A stretch of 64,000 nucleotides of DNA from Octopus sinensis (lineage: Eukaryota). The DNA lies in NCBI RefSeq assembly GCF_006345805.1, contig NW_021832278.1, positions 1-64,000 on the forward strand, given 5' to 3'. Positions 1 to 12,830 of the stretch are shown here, piece by piece. Every line of letters starts with the position of its first letter. Positions within the stretch are counted from its first letter, which is position 1. The notes under the pieces are model-generated. The model was not told the DNA's origin and did not search any database. It worked only from the letters and a program-made list of their open reading frames with translations. The translations under genes and the position numbers were made by a program.

Positions 1-199
1 TCTGTGTTTCCCCCCCCCCCATCGCTTGACAACCGATGCTCCTGTGTTTATGTCCCCGTAACTTAGCGGTTCGGCAAAGAGACCAATAGAATAAGTACTA
101 GGCTTACTAAGAATAAGTTCTGGGATCAATTTGTTCAACTAAAGGCGGAGCTCCAGCATGGCTACAGTCAAATGACCGAGACAAATATAAGAGTAAAAA
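1..199 (+). mobile_element. 3' part of tRNA-derived SINE family B (CORE-like, octopus OR-type)
   Basis: Matches the 3' half of the full copy at 31706-32123 (cttgacaaccgatgct...ttagcggttcggcaaa...gctccagcatggc...gagtaaaa). Family name is from memory. Confidence 0.8.
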
Positions 200-368
200 T
201 ACGTGCAGTACTCTCATCAGTTGGGAAACAGGGAATAAAGTACGTATATAAAGTACGTACACACGCACAAACACACCTGCGTGCGAGCACACACACGCCC
301 GAGCAAACATTAGCAAAAGATCATTTATAATTTAAACGCTCTTATTGTTGCTGTAATTCAGCTCCATC

Positions 369-371
<3 letters not shown>

Positions 372-452
<81 letters not shown>
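372..452. repeat. (CT)n microsatellite
   Basis: Direct reading. Confidence 0.95.
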
Positions 453-455
<3 letters not shown>

Positions 456-1095
456 AAAAGACTTATGGTCAACGGGTTCTGAAACGTCTAATCACATACA
501 AACATACATGTGTGTAGGCATGTCCACAATGCACATGTGAGCACGCATATATCTATATGTATCATGCATCTCAGACTGCGTTATTACATGTCCCTTCAAT
601 TTAAGAGTTGATGTGATTTAAAGAAAATTCGGCAGCTATTTCGAACAGGTTGCACAGAATTCCACCCATCACCATCTCATTCTACCTTACAATTAATAAA
701 TAAGTACTTACTTGAGTAATTAGAAAGCAACAAACAATAAAGATTTTAAGAGCCATGTTAGTGAACGTGACGTAGTAATTATAGTATTAATGACGAAGTC
801 TCTGCCAAAATAAGTCGTGTGATAGACAGCGTTATCATTATGAGTTAAGACATATCTAGCGAGAGTTGTGCAGGTGTTGTAGAGATAGATAAACGTAAAT
901 ATACATCGATTATATCTTAGTACATAAAACAAACAAACTCACTCACATACTCATGCACATAAACTGTGACACACATACTCGTACGCATGCACGCACATAC
1001 ATACAGAAACAGACAAACACACATACACACACACACACACACATATTGACGAAATGGGGGACTTATGAATATATTCAACCACTACCGTTGTTGAA

Positions 1096-1133
<38 letters not shown>

Positions 1134-1359
1134 CTTTTACACTTTTACACTTTTACACTTGTTTACTTGTCTCAGTCATTTTGACAGTGGCCATGCTGGA
1201 GCACCGCCTTTTAGTCGGAGAAATCGGCCCCAAGAGTTACTTTTTGTAAGCCTGGTACTTATTCTATCGGTCTCTTATGCCGAACCGCTAAACTACGCGG
1301 ACGTAAACAAACCAGGATCGGTTGTCAAGCGATGGTGGAGAGACAAACACACAAATACG

Positions 1360-1360
<1 letters not shown>
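1134..1360 (-). mobile_element. SINE family B, 3' half
   Basis: Reverse complement of the same body and tail (ttttacacttgt...gccatgctggagcaccgcc...gttgtcaagcgatg); abuts (TA)n at 1099-1128. Confidence 0.8.
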
Positions 1361-1402
<42 letters not shown>

Positions 1403-1835
1403 CACACACACACAACACACATATATATACGGCAATAAGAAAATGGAGGGGATCAAGAAGTGGTATTCATCAACTTTTAGACATTATATTATGTCTGTTT
1501 ATTTATTTAAAAAAACAATTATAACAATATACATACATGTATAATATATCTTGCTTTACATATATAATATATAAAATATAAAAATACCAGTAATTATTAA
1601 AATATATAACGTAGAACATAGAAAGTAGAATAGTTTCTACGATGTTACTTTATGCCATAAGTACGAAATTCTAACATAAAATTATTAGTAGGAAAAAGTT
1701 GTTACTTTATGCATATAGAGTTTCTATGGTAAAAGAAAACGAATCAGTTTCCGTGCTTAGAGTATGATTTATTCAGTTCCATTAAATCCAAGATATATTT
1801 TGATATTTGACATTTAATAAGATACGTTAAATAGT

Positions 1836-3771
1836 GGTTAATATAGGGCGTTACGATTATCAGAAAATCAAAAAAAAAATGTGTGTAATAGGTGTAAAAC
1901 AACTTCCTATGAACGATATGAAAAAAAAAAATTCGCGCACGCGAAAGGGGGGTGGAAGAGAGCCTCGGAAAATTCACATCGGGAAGTTTTCGAAAGCGTC
2001 TGAGGAGCTGACCGGGCACCAAAACAAACAAAAATAGTGTAATATGTGTAAAACAACTTGCTCTAAACGAATATGACAAAAAAATGCGCTCTCGCGAAAG
2101 AGGGGTGGGGGAGAGGCTTCGGAAAATTTATATCGGGAATTTCCGAAGGCGTCTGAACCGGGCACAAAAACAAAAACAAAAACAAGCGTAATATGTGTAA
2201 AACACTTGCTCTAAACGACTATCATGAAAAAAATGCGCGCTCGCGAAAGAGGGGTGGGGGAGAGGCTTCGGAAATTTCACATCTTCATCCACGGCCTTTA
2301 AACTAAGAAAAAAATAGTGTAATTGGTGTAAAACTACTTGTTCTAAACGAGTATCAAGAACACACACTCACACATGAATCATAAAATCATATTTCGCAAA
2401 AAAAATAAATAAAGAGAAGAAATTCTGGAAAAAGTGAAGAAATGTTGGATCTCCGCCATGTGAATCAAAATACGTGTCAGAAACATCTTGAAATACTACA
2501 GAAATTATGTTACGAAATGATAATGTATACATACCTCTTTGAGTGGTCCATCGATAATGATGATAAAGAAATGAGTTGGATTTGAACTCAGAATTGACTA
2601 ACACAACTACATACTACAAGACTCAAAATATTCAGCCAAGTCACCACCCTTTAACTAGCAATAATAATAACATCAATAACATAACAGCCAAAAGATTTAT
2701 TTGTTCTGAAAATAACAATCATAGTAAATAAATATGTTCTTTAATATTCACATTCATGTGCACAGTTAAACACACATACAAACAAACAGTCACGCATGCA
2801 TAATACAGAACGGAACACATAAATGAGGAGGCTTACTTAGTATATATTACATCTAGAGAATTTTGATTAATAAGTCAAATATGCAAATTATAAAGATAAT
2901 TAATTGCTTTACTAAACAGTGTTGTAAAAGTGAAAAAATAAATTTGGGAAAAAAATACACGCCAAAACTAATTAATAAAGGATAATTAGGGAAGGATTGA
3001 CACAAAATAATAATTTTTTCTGTCTCTTTTTTTCTGATAAATGCATCTTAATAAGTGAGAAGAATTGCATATATCTGAACTATTTCAAAGAAAAGCATAA
3101 AATTAATGTTTAAAATAGCTTTAACCAAGGAATGAGATCCAACATTTCTTCACTTTTTCCAGAATTTCTTCTCTTTATTTATTTATTTTTTTTGCGAAAT
3201 ATGTACAAAAATACGGAGTTTATGATTCATGTGTGAGTGTGTGTTCTTGATACTCGTTTAGAACAAGTAGTTTTACACCAATTACAATATTTTTTCTTAG
3301 TTTAAAGGCCGTGGACTGAAGATGTGAAATTTCCGAAGCCTCTCCCCCACCCCTCTTTCGCGAGCGCGCATTTTTTTTCATGATAGTCGTTTAGAGCAAG
3401 TTGTTTACACATATTACGCTGTTTTGTGTTTTGTTTTTGTGCCCGGTTCAGACGCTTTCGGAAATTCCCGATATAAATTTTTCCGAAGCCTCTCCCCCAC
3501 CCCTCTTCGCGAGAGCGCATTTTTGTTTTCATATTCGTTTAGAGCAAGTTGTTTTACACATATTACACTATTTTTTTTTTGTTTTGGTGCCCGGGTCAGC
3601 TCCTCAGACGCTTTCGGAACTTCCCGATGTGAATTTTCCGAGGCCTCTCTTCCACCCCCCTTTCGCGTGCGCGAATTTTTTTTTTCATATTCGTTCATAG
3701 GAAGTTGTTTTACACCTATTAAACACATTTTTGTTTTGATTTTCTGATAATCGTAACGCCCTATATTAACC
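1836..3771. mobile_element. Non-autonomous foldback-type DNA transposon: ~620-bp TIRs with internal ~130-155-bp subrepeats, 8-bp TSD
   Basis: Arms 1836-2453 and 3134-3771 are reverse complements (GGTTAATATAGGGCGTTACG...CGTAACGCCCTATATTAACC). TAAATAGT lies immediately on both sides (1828-1835, 3772-3779). 680-bp AT-rich spacer with no transposase recognised. Confidence 0.85.
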
Positions 3772-3882
3772 TAAATAGTTTATGATTTGATATTTTTCAA
3801 TTATCTTTAATATTTCTGAGTTACCTAAGCTTAACAAGTTTCACAGATCCCGAAAGGAGGTTTCTCACACTTTGGTATTATT

Positions 3883-4105
3883 AAGGCGGCGAGCTGGCAG
3901 AAACGTTAGCACGCCGGGCGAAATGCGTAGCTGTATTTCGTCTGCCGTTACGTTCTGAGTTCAAATTCCGCCGAGGTTGACTTTGCCTTTCATCCTTTCG
4001 GGGTCGATAAATTAAGTACCAGTTGCGCACTGGGGTCGATGTAATCGACTTAATCTCCTTGTCTGTCCTCTCTGTGTTTATCCCCTTGTGGGTAGTAAAG
4101 AAATA
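3883..4105 (+). mobile_element. tRNA-derived SINE family A, full length
   Basis: GGCGGCGAGCTGGCAG head, B-box-like GAGTTCAAATTC, central ctttcatcctttcggggtcgataaa domain, tail ...gtaaagaaata; TSD GGTATTATT (3874-3882 / 4106-4114). Confidence 0.85.
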
Positions 4106-4194
4106 GGTATTATTTGGTTTGCTAAATGCAACTTTAGATTATAGGCAGCTGTATTCTGAGAACATATATGACTCGGCAATGTGTGTGCAAAGCA

Positions 4195-4246
<52 letters not shown>

Positions 4247-4381
4247 TATATATATAAATAATATACGCATACATACACACACACAGACATACACCACATA
4301 TATATATATATATATTGACGAAATGGTGGACTTAAAATATATTCAACACACACACACGCAAATATATATGTACACATTTGA

Positions 4382-4560
4382 GGGCGCATGGACTTGTGGT
4401 TAATGTGTTGCACTCACGACCATGAGATGGTGATTTCCAATCCTGGGCCGCGTTGTGAGTTGTGTTCAGGAGCAAAGTACATAATTTCACGTTGCTCTGT
4501 ACTGTCCTAAGCATATCATATGTGGAACACCGCCTACCCGTTTAGGCAACGTCAAGTCCA
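4382..4560 (+). mobile_element. tRNA-derived SINE family C, degenerate
   Basis: ggcgcatggacttgtggttaa head and atttcacgttgctc core, shared with 38172-38420 and 30670-30813. Confidence 0.6.
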
Positions 4561-4619
4561 ATAGAGAGAGTGAGCTAGTGAAAGAGAACCTGTGTGTGTG
4601 TGGTGTGTCTGTTATTGGT

Positions 4620-5030
4620 ATAATGACCCTCCTGAGATACTACAAAAGCTGTTTCAACACACAAGTTCACATCAAGTATCTTGCAAACCAGATACAGAAA
4701 CGGAATCAGTCGGTCAGCATTTGCAGGAAAGTAGTGAGCGAGCAGAGAATGATAGACAGTCCTACGGCTGTGGAGAAACGACAAACATAATAGTTTAGTG
4801 ATGGATCTAGAAGACGAGCGCGGTTTACGAGATGAGGACCGAAAAATAAAGATGGGTTGGGCAGCTGAGTATGCCTGGAAGGATAATGTAAGTAGGTGGA
4901 ACACAAGAACAGAAGTCATTTTAGCAAGAGAAGAGACAAGGAGAAGAAACAGCGCATCAGTGACATAGCGATTATAATGCGTTAGTGAATGGGTCTTTGT
5001 CAATCAGGTGGATGGATTTTTTTGGGACTC
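4620..5030 (+). mobile_element. Degenerate RTE-like LINE 3' remnant
   Basis: Hand translation WI*KTSAVYEMRTEK*RWVGQLS, then ...SRWNTR, resembles the RTE C-terminal WIR...KWRWAGHV.R...RW motif; heavily mutated. Confidence 0.45.
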
Positions 5031-5040
5031 GCTCTAAGTG

Positions 5041-5450
5041 CGTGCGTCGTCGTCGTCGTCGAAGTAGTAGTAGTAGTAGTAGTAACTGTACCTTTCCAAA
5101 TGTACGAGCAGAAATTTGTCGTGTGGTTTAGAGAAGAAAGAAAACTGTTTCCTTCCCTTGCAGTAAAATGACCCTCCACCACCTACGATAACAACGACAC
5201 CCCTCCGCCATCACAACACCACCATCACCAGTATCACTACAATTGCCACCACCATCTTTACAACTCCACCATCATCATTATCACCACCACCACCAACAAC
5301 AACATCATTATTCTCTCCATCATTGCCGTTGCCGTCATCGTCACCATATAAACCATAATGACGACGACGACGACGACGACCACCACCACCACCACAGCCA
5401 CCACCACGTAACGACATCAACAGTAGAAATATCAACAACAAATAGAAGCA
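5041..5450. repeat. Mixed trinucleotide low-complexity tract (GTC, GTA, CAC, CAT, GAC)
   Basis: Direct reading; explains the poly-V and poly-H ORFs. Confidence 0.9.
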
Positions 5451-5894
5451 AAACAGAAATAAACTGAGCAAAGTCTATAAATAAACGTCAAATCTATTCT
5501 TCCCTCACCTCATCCTCATACCTCATTCATTCAGCCACCATTTTTCTTCTGACTAACATCGAAGCAGTGAACATCGTTTTGATAAAATAAGAGACCGGAA
5601 ACGGCCGATAAATGCCGCTTAAATCATGGTAGGCTTTTAATTTAGTGTTCTGGTAAGGTAAGGAGATCTCATGCTGTGGGAACTTTGGTATTGATTTATC
5701 GATTATCATTCATTATTCTTGAAACTGTTCTGTTCTGTAGGTTTGGTTCTTTTTCTCTGGAACCAAAATAGCTGAACTGTAGAATATTTACTGACCATTG
5801 TCCGGACAATTTAACAAAGAATACACAGTACACACAACATCTGAAATAGGTTTGGAAAAGAATATTTACATGTATGTATATATACATTATATAT

Positions 5895-5947
<53 letters not shown>

Positions 5948-6082
5948 TTAATTTATTTATTTATATATACATATGTGTATGTGTGTATATACAATCACGC
6001 ACACAAATATACATATGTATGTAGCTATGTCTCTATCCCTATATACACTTACATAAAAAACTTCCCTGCACACACATATGTA

Positions 6083-6129
<47 letters not shown>

Positions 6130-6909
6130 GCACACATTCATACATACGTACATGCACACACATACATATATGTATATATATATATAGATTGATAGAAAAA
6201 CATGCACACACGCCTGCGCACATATAATTGCACAGTGGGGTCATGGCGAAGAAAAGAGGAAGTAAAACTAATAAAATATAACCAGTGTTTGAAAAATAAC
6301 AATATATTCCGTATCGTCCATATCATATAATGGTGCCTATTAGATAGAGCAAAAACATACATACAATCAAATACTTTTTGTAATATTTGTACTCTGGAAC
6401 GAATATTAATCCTGAAACATGAAACCAAACCATTAAATAAACATACAGAATTAATCTCTTCATGTCCTCATGTGCTCAGGTACCTACTTAAATATCACAT
6501 CACCATTCTAAACGTGGTAACTTGAGATCCCAATAAAATGCAACGTTTTTCCAATATTTTCGTTTCTTCTCTACTCTTCAAATAATATTCGCGAGCAAAC
6601 TAGCTATGATGGCAATCTAACTTACACTATACAATATTCTCCCGTGCCAAAATAAATGAATATTTAGTATTTCTTCCATCAATAGTTGCTCATTTTCAGA
6701 AATCTACAAAGAGAAAAAGTCGTTTTCTTCCGTTCTTCTTTTTTTTTTCTTCGGTAATATTTGACTGATATTTGAACTCAGAACACAAATATACATAATT
6801 AAATACGGAAGACATGAATGGATTCAGAATCTTTACCATTCTGCTTATTCAAGACTCTAACGTTCACCCTATAATCGGATTACGAGGAGCCAGCTAATAC
6901 CTCGTTCCT

Positions 6910-6937
6910 GCTACTACTACTACTACTACTACTACTA

Positions 6938-6979
<42 letters not shown>

Positions 6980-7024
6980 ACTACTACTACTACTACTACT
7001 ACTACTACCTACTACTACTACTAC
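6910..7024. repeat. (CTA)n microsatellite
   Basis: Direct reading. Confidence 0.95.
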
Positions 7025-7025
7025 T

Positions 7026-7150
7026 GGAGTGAAATGGCAGAGTCATTAGTGTGTTGGATAGAAGACCTCGACTCTCTGCTCACTAATTTCGAATCCCGTT
7101 AGAGTTAGCTATGTATTTAATTCTTTCGGGGTTGACAATAAAGTATCAGT
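7026..7150 (+). mobile_element. Degenerate SINE family A-like copy
   Basis: gaaatggcagagtcattag head and ttctttcggggttgacaataaagtatcagt central domain. Confidence 0.55.
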
Positions 7151-7189
7151 TATAATCGGTGGACTGGCAGAATCTAGCCAGAGAGATGA

Positions 7190-7418
7190 AGAGACAACAA
7201 CTATTCTTGTGGTATTAAGTGCATTTGGTGCCACACCCAAAATTGCAACGTAAGAGACTGAAAGATATTAGATTTGAGACTAGCATTGTTGATCTACAGA
7301 AAAGTGCAATCGTGTATTCTGCAAAAATCCTACGAAAGATTTTTGAGATTTGAGAAAGCTTGTCACATACATTAAGATAGCATTCCTGCTAATTAAATTA
7401 TCATATAATAACTTCGTA
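7190..7418 (+). mobile_element. 3' end of an R4/Dong-clade non-LTR retrotransposon ORF
   Basis: Translation ILVVLSAFGATPK / RLKDIRFETSIVDLQKSAIVYSAKILRKIFEI* (stop 7351-7353) matches the RLE-domain C-terminus also seen at ~9820-9961 and ~11060-11215. Confidence 0.75.
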
Positions 7419-7573
7419 TAATAATAATAATAATAATAATAATATAATAATAATAATAATAACAACACAATATAATAATAATAATATAACAATAATAATA
7501 ATAATAATAAATAATAATATAATGATAATAATAATATAATAATAACACAACAATAATAAATAATAATAATAAC

Positions 7574-7610
<37 letters not shown>

Positions 7611-7781
7611 TAATAATAACAATAATAATAAGCATAATAATAATAATATAACAACAATAATATAATAATAATAATAATAACAATAATAATAATCTAATAA
7701 TAATAAATAATAATAATGATAATAATAATAATAATAATAATAAGACAACAACAATAATAATACTAATAATAATAACAAATA

Positions 7782-7822
<41 letters not shown>

Positions 7823-7848
7823 TAATCAATAACAATAATAATAATAGC

Positions 7849-7909
<61 letters not shown>

Positions 7910-7920
7910 TAATAATAAAT
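7419..7920. repeat. ~500-bp degenerate (TAA)n microsatellite
   Basis: Direct reading. Confidence 0.95.
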
Positions 7921-8479
7921 GCCCTGATGCAGTACTAATGCCCTGATGCAGTACCAGGGAGCAGCTCTCATGGTTTCTGACCTTAACTGATTGGAAGCAT
8001 TATCATGTACATTGTTTTGACTTGGGCTACAGTAAATATTCTGCTCAATACCACAGATTTGCTTGTCAGTTGTTTGACCTTAACCAGTTGAGCATGTCCC
8101 TTAGTGGCTGACGATATGTGCATCTCTGATCACGAGCAGAAGTAGTGGAGGAGCATCATAGCCATCTGTTGAGAGGGATTCTTTGGGGCTTGAATAATTC
8201 ACCTCTGGAAACATGGGTGGTTCGTTCAACATCCTTAAACAACCCTTATTCAGGGACCTATTGAGCAGGATGGGCTACTCGACAAGAAGAAAATTCTAAC
8301 TGGGCCTCACCTGCAAGGTCTTGTGCTGTTTATCATGATATGAGATCACGATGTTGCGCACATATGGTTGTGATTCATGTGTCTAGTGTACCCTTATCAG
8401 ACACGTAGTCATGATGGGTATGCTGTGCTTCGTATATTTTACCCGTGTCACTTTGATGGCAAGCACTGCTCTCTCACTC

Positions 8480-8480
<1 letters not shown>
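7921..8480 (+). mobile_element. ~560-bp non-coding repeat bounded by (TAA)n; either the 3' UTR of the upstream R4/Dong element or a separate non-autonomous element
   Basis: Starts gccctgatgcagtac (locally duplicated), ends ctctcactca followed by (ATA)n; no ORF; resembles a recalled common octopus repeat. Confidence 0.55.
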
Positions 8481-8520
<40 letters not shown>

Positions 8521-8525
<5 letters not shown>

Positions 8526-10180
8526 GTGCAAAGGCTACCTTTATCAAAGGAAAAATGACAGAAACATCTAACGTTAACCTTGACCAACAGAATGTCATAA
8601 AAGAACTAGACCCAGCGGAGAGCTACAAGTACCTAGGGGTAATTGAAGGGAACGGAATAAGGCATTCAGAGATGAAGGAAAGGATCAGGAGAGAATGCTA
8701 TCGAAGAGTGAGAGCAATACTCAAGACAGAGCTGAATGCAAGAAACAGGATCGAAGCAATCAATGCATTAGCTATACCAGTCGTGACTTACAGTTTCAAT
8801 ATTGTTAACTGGTCAATTACTGAAATATGTCAGCTCGACAGAAAAATAAGGAAACTGTTGACAATGCATAGAATGCACCACCCTAAGGCAGATACAGAAC
8901 GACTCTATCTGCCAAGAAAAGAGGGAGGCCGTGGTCTTTTGCAACTGGCAATAACAATGAAGATTGCTACAATTGGCCTAGACACCTACCTGAAAAACTC
9001 TGAGGACTGGATGTTAAAACTTGTCTCAAAACATGAAAACAAGAAAGCATCATACTCAGTCACAAAACAGGCAAAGGAATATCTAAGTGAATTCCGAATA
9101 CAACCAATTTCGGAATTAGAGATAAGAAACAAGCACAGAAAAAGCTAGGCGCATGAAAACCCGTGCCAAAACTGCGGCCTTAGATATTCTGAATAATAAA
9201 TGGCAAGAAAAACCTCTCTATGGCAAATACCCAAAGAGAGCGAATAATGCAAATATCGACAAAGCCCTGACCCATCAATGGCTAATGGCCTCTGGCTTAA
9301 AATCTGAAACAGAGGGGTTTATCATAGCAGCTCAAGATCAATGCCTACCAACAAGAAACTACCAGGCCAACATATTAAAGATCAGAAGCAGTCCAACGTG
9401 TCGTGTATGCAAGCAACAAAATGAAACCATTGACCATGTGGTCTCCAAGTGCAGTCTTCTAGCGCCTACAGAGTATCTCAACAGGCACGATAGAGCTGCA
9501 CAATATATTCACTGGGTAATCTGTAAAAACCTGGATTTGCCCCATGAAAAAAACTGGTGGGAACACAAACCACCCCCAGTGCTTGAAAATGACCACATCT
9601 CACTCCTCTGGAACTTCACAATCAAACTGACAGGAAGATAGATGCAAATAGGCCAGACATCATATTGAAAGACTTCAAACAAAGAACATGCCTCCTCATT
9701 GATATGACTGTCCCAATCGATATAAACGTATCTGTCAAGACCTACCAAAACTGAGCAAATATAAAGATCTTGAAATAGAAATCAGCAAAATGTGGAAGCT
9801 GAAGACTAAAACAATACCTGTTGTCATAGGTGCCCTGGAATGATAGCAAAAGGGCTGATAGCTACCTAACTCAGATACCAGGAAACCCCAAAATGGCAGA
9901 AGTTCAAAAGATAGTGCTCATGGGAACTGCTCATATCCTACGCAAAATACTCTCTAGGTAATCTCAAGGTTTAAAACAAACATAATTTTCGGTTTAAAAA
10001 AAAAAAAAAAAAAAAAAACTTTTTTTTTTAGACATTCATTAGTACAACATCCCCACCCCCCAAATATATGGCACACTAGGCATAACAACAACATGAACTT
10101 CCAACCCTGTTGTCTCTTGAGGTCTCTGGGTGAGACTTGGAGCCAACTTGTACAAATATAAAGCAAAAGTCAAACATAGA
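8521..10180 (+). mobile_element. 5'-truncated R4/Dong-clade LINE (RT C-terminus, CCHC finger, RLE nuclease, 3' UTR)
   Basis: ESYKYLGV; HHPKADTERLYLPRKEGGRGL; GFIIAAQDQCLPTRNY; CRVCKQQNETIDHVVSKC; RHD; RPDII...LIDMTVP; ends ILRKILSR* at 9959-9961; (TAA)n on both sides; a stop and frameshifts are present. Confidence 0.92.
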
Positions 10181-10206
10181 ATAATAATAATAATAATAAT
10201 AATAAT

Positions 10207-11234
10207 TAGCTTACAAAACAACCACAATTGGACTGGCCAAATATCTCGAAATATCGAATGACTGGATGCTAAAGCTCGTGGAAAATCACGAGAGACGAAA
10301 GAAGCTTCATTCTATCATAAAGGAAAGCAAAAAAATTGCTATTGATCTCGTGCAGGATACCCAAACTGAACAACCCGAGGGAAGTACGGCAACTATTGTT
10401 GCAAAGAAGGTGAAAATGATGGCAATGAAAAAAGCGCACGAGCAATTGGCTGATAGGTGGGAGAAAAACCTCTGCACGGCAAATATGTGACCCGCAGCAA
10501 ACAAGCTGATGTTGACCAGAAGCAAACCCATCAGTGGCTACGGAGCTCAGGGCTAAAAGCAGAGAGCGAAGGTTTCATCCTGGCTGCTCAAGATCAAGCC
10601 TATTAACCCGGAACTACCAGGCCAATGTGATGAAAAATGGAGCAGACCCAAAATGCCGATTCTGCAACGACATGATTGAAACAGTGGACCACCTAATCTC
10701 TAGATGTAAAGTCTTAGCACCAGTGGAGTATAAATTAAGACATGACAGAGTTGGCCAATATCTCCACTGGCTAATAAGTCGGCATTACATATCAAAACTG
10801 CCGACAGTGGTATAATCACCACCCTGAGGCTGTAACTGAAGGAAAAAATGTACCATTCTGTGGGACTTTCCAGTACATACAGACCGAACCATCAAGGCCA
10901 ATAAACCAGATATTGTTGTGAAAGACCAAAACAATAAATTTTGCTTATTAATCGACATGAGCATCCCCTGTGATCATAAATCTCAGCGAAAGAGTTTGAC
11001 AAGCTCAGAAAATATAAAGACCTCTCATTGAAATTGAGAAAATGTGGCATCTCAAGGCGGTTACAATACCAGTGATCGTAGGAGCACTAGGAATGATCAA
11101 GAAGGGAACCGAAAATTATATGAGAATGATCCCTGGCTTACCATCCCTGCAAGAAGTGCAAAAGATTGTCTTAACTGGTACATCACACGTATTGAGAAGA
11201 GCATTGTCGATGTGAGAACTGTTGCTGCTCATGT

Positions 11235-11270
<36 letters not shown>

Positions 11271-11387
11271 ACGAACTACTGATTTGGTTTAATGGCCTAC
11301 CAATGTATACTATGAGTTTCTTTGCCCTAGGAGTCGGGAAGACACTCGGCAAGAAATGGAAGCAAATTTGAAAGAAGAAAAAAAAAG
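10207..11387 (+). mobile_element. Second, divergent 5'-truncated R4/Dong-clade LINE
   Basis: GFILAAQDQ; CRFCNDMIETVDHLISRC; RHD; KPDIVV...LIDMSIP; ends HVLRRALSM* at 11213-11215; (TAA)n on both sides. Confidence 0.9.
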
Positions 11388-11419
11388 TAATAATAATAAT
11401 AATAATAATAATGATCTTT

Positions 11420-11575
11420 TCTGCTATAGGTACAACGCTGGAAAATTTTCGAGGAGAGGTCTAGTCAGTTACATTGACCCAGGTGCACCACTGGTACATA
11501 TGTATTCGACCCAGAAGAGATGAAAATCAAAGTCAATCTCGGTGGAATTTGAACTCAGAACCTAAACTTACAATT
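11420..11575 (-). mobile_element. Degenerate SINE family A variant
   Basis: aaagtcaatctcggtggaatttgaactcagaac is the reverse complement of the B-box and central domain; its tail abuts the (TAA)n at 11388-11412. Confidence 0.6.
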
Positions 11576-11584
11576 CCACCAGCT

Positions 11585-12038
11585 CGTCAAGAACAAGAAA
11601 AAGAAGGAAATGAAGAAGGAGGAAGCGGAGTAAGAAAAGAGTAGGCAAAATGAGAAGTGAAGAGAGGAAAAAATAACAAGAAATATTGATGAAGAGGTTG
11701 GACGAGTAGGAAGAAAAGAAGAAGAAGAAGAAGAAGAAGAAGAAGAAGAAAGAAGAATGAAGAAGAAAGAAGAAGAAAAAGAAAGAAGACGAAGAAGAAA
11801 GAAGAAGTAAAGAAGAAGAAGTAGAAGAAGAAGAAAGAAAGAAGAAGAAGAAGAAAGAAAGAAAGAAGAAGAAGAAAAATATGAAGAAGAAGAAGAAAGA
11901 AGAGAGAAGAATAAAAGAAGAAGAAAGAAGAAGAAGAAGAAGAATAAGAAAATAAGAAGAGAAGAAAGAAAGAAAGAAGAAGAAGAAGAAATAAAGAAGA
12001 AGAAAAAAGAAAAGAGGAAAGAAGAAGAAGAGGAAGAA

Positions 12039-12073
<35 letters not shown>

Positions 12074-12100
12074 AGAGGAAGAAAAAGAAGAAGAAGAATA
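11585..12100. repeat. Degenerate (GAA)n purine tract
   Basis: Direct reading. Confidence 0.95.
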
Positions 12101-12584
12101 AGGATACAGACTGTAAATCATGGCAGTGAAACAGTTCCGAAAGGTAGCGTTAATACAAAACATGAAAAGGAAATGAGATCTGAAACGAAACTCGGTTTTC
12201 ATTGGGATTTTTGCAGTTGACAAAAATTCCTTGTGTGCTAGCGGAATTTTTAACATGAAAGGATTTCAGGGAAGCATCCGAGCGAAGAAATATATATATA
12301 GTAGGTTTCTAGTTGTACATTAATAACATCAACTACTTGAGTAAGCATATCTGAAGATTGAAGATTGAGAGGAATATATTTATATATATACGCTGGTTGC
12401 ATCGCGTCAAATAACTGGGTTTTACTTTAGCAAAATGTCAGCAAGCATTACCACGTTTGACATTTATTACTATGTTTATAAGGAAAAGGAGAAAAAAAAA
12501 GAAGAAAAAATCACGAATGAGTTATGCTCTTTAAGAAACGAAACCTTTACTTCACTCTCTAACTTCTGTCGTTGCCATATTGTA

Positions 12585-12714
12585 CGTACATACATACATA
12601 CATACATACATGCATACATACATACATACATACATACATACATACATACATACATACATACATACACACATAGATACATACATACATACATGCATACATA
12701 CATGCATACATACA

Positions 12715-12748
<34 letters not shown>

Positions 12749-12830
12749 CATACATGCATACATACATACATGCATGCATACATATATACATACATGCATG
12801 CATGCATACATATATACATACATACATACA
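12585..12830. repeat. (CATA)n microsatellite with CATG variants
   Basis: Direct reading. Confidence 0.95.

Noticed and set aside
1883-2345. CRISPR-like spacing of repeated motifs
   Set aside because: Whole ~150-bp units are repeated with no unique spacers, and they are mirrored as TIRs in eukaryotic DNA.
3883-3975. tRNA genes suggested by A/B-box motifs here and in other SINE heads
   Set aside because: They continue into SINE bodies and tails with TSDs and do not form complete cloverleafs.
5523-5842. Minus-strand segment with good acceptor and donor
   Set aside because: All three frames contain stops and no homologue is recognised; could be a UTR exon but is unsupported.
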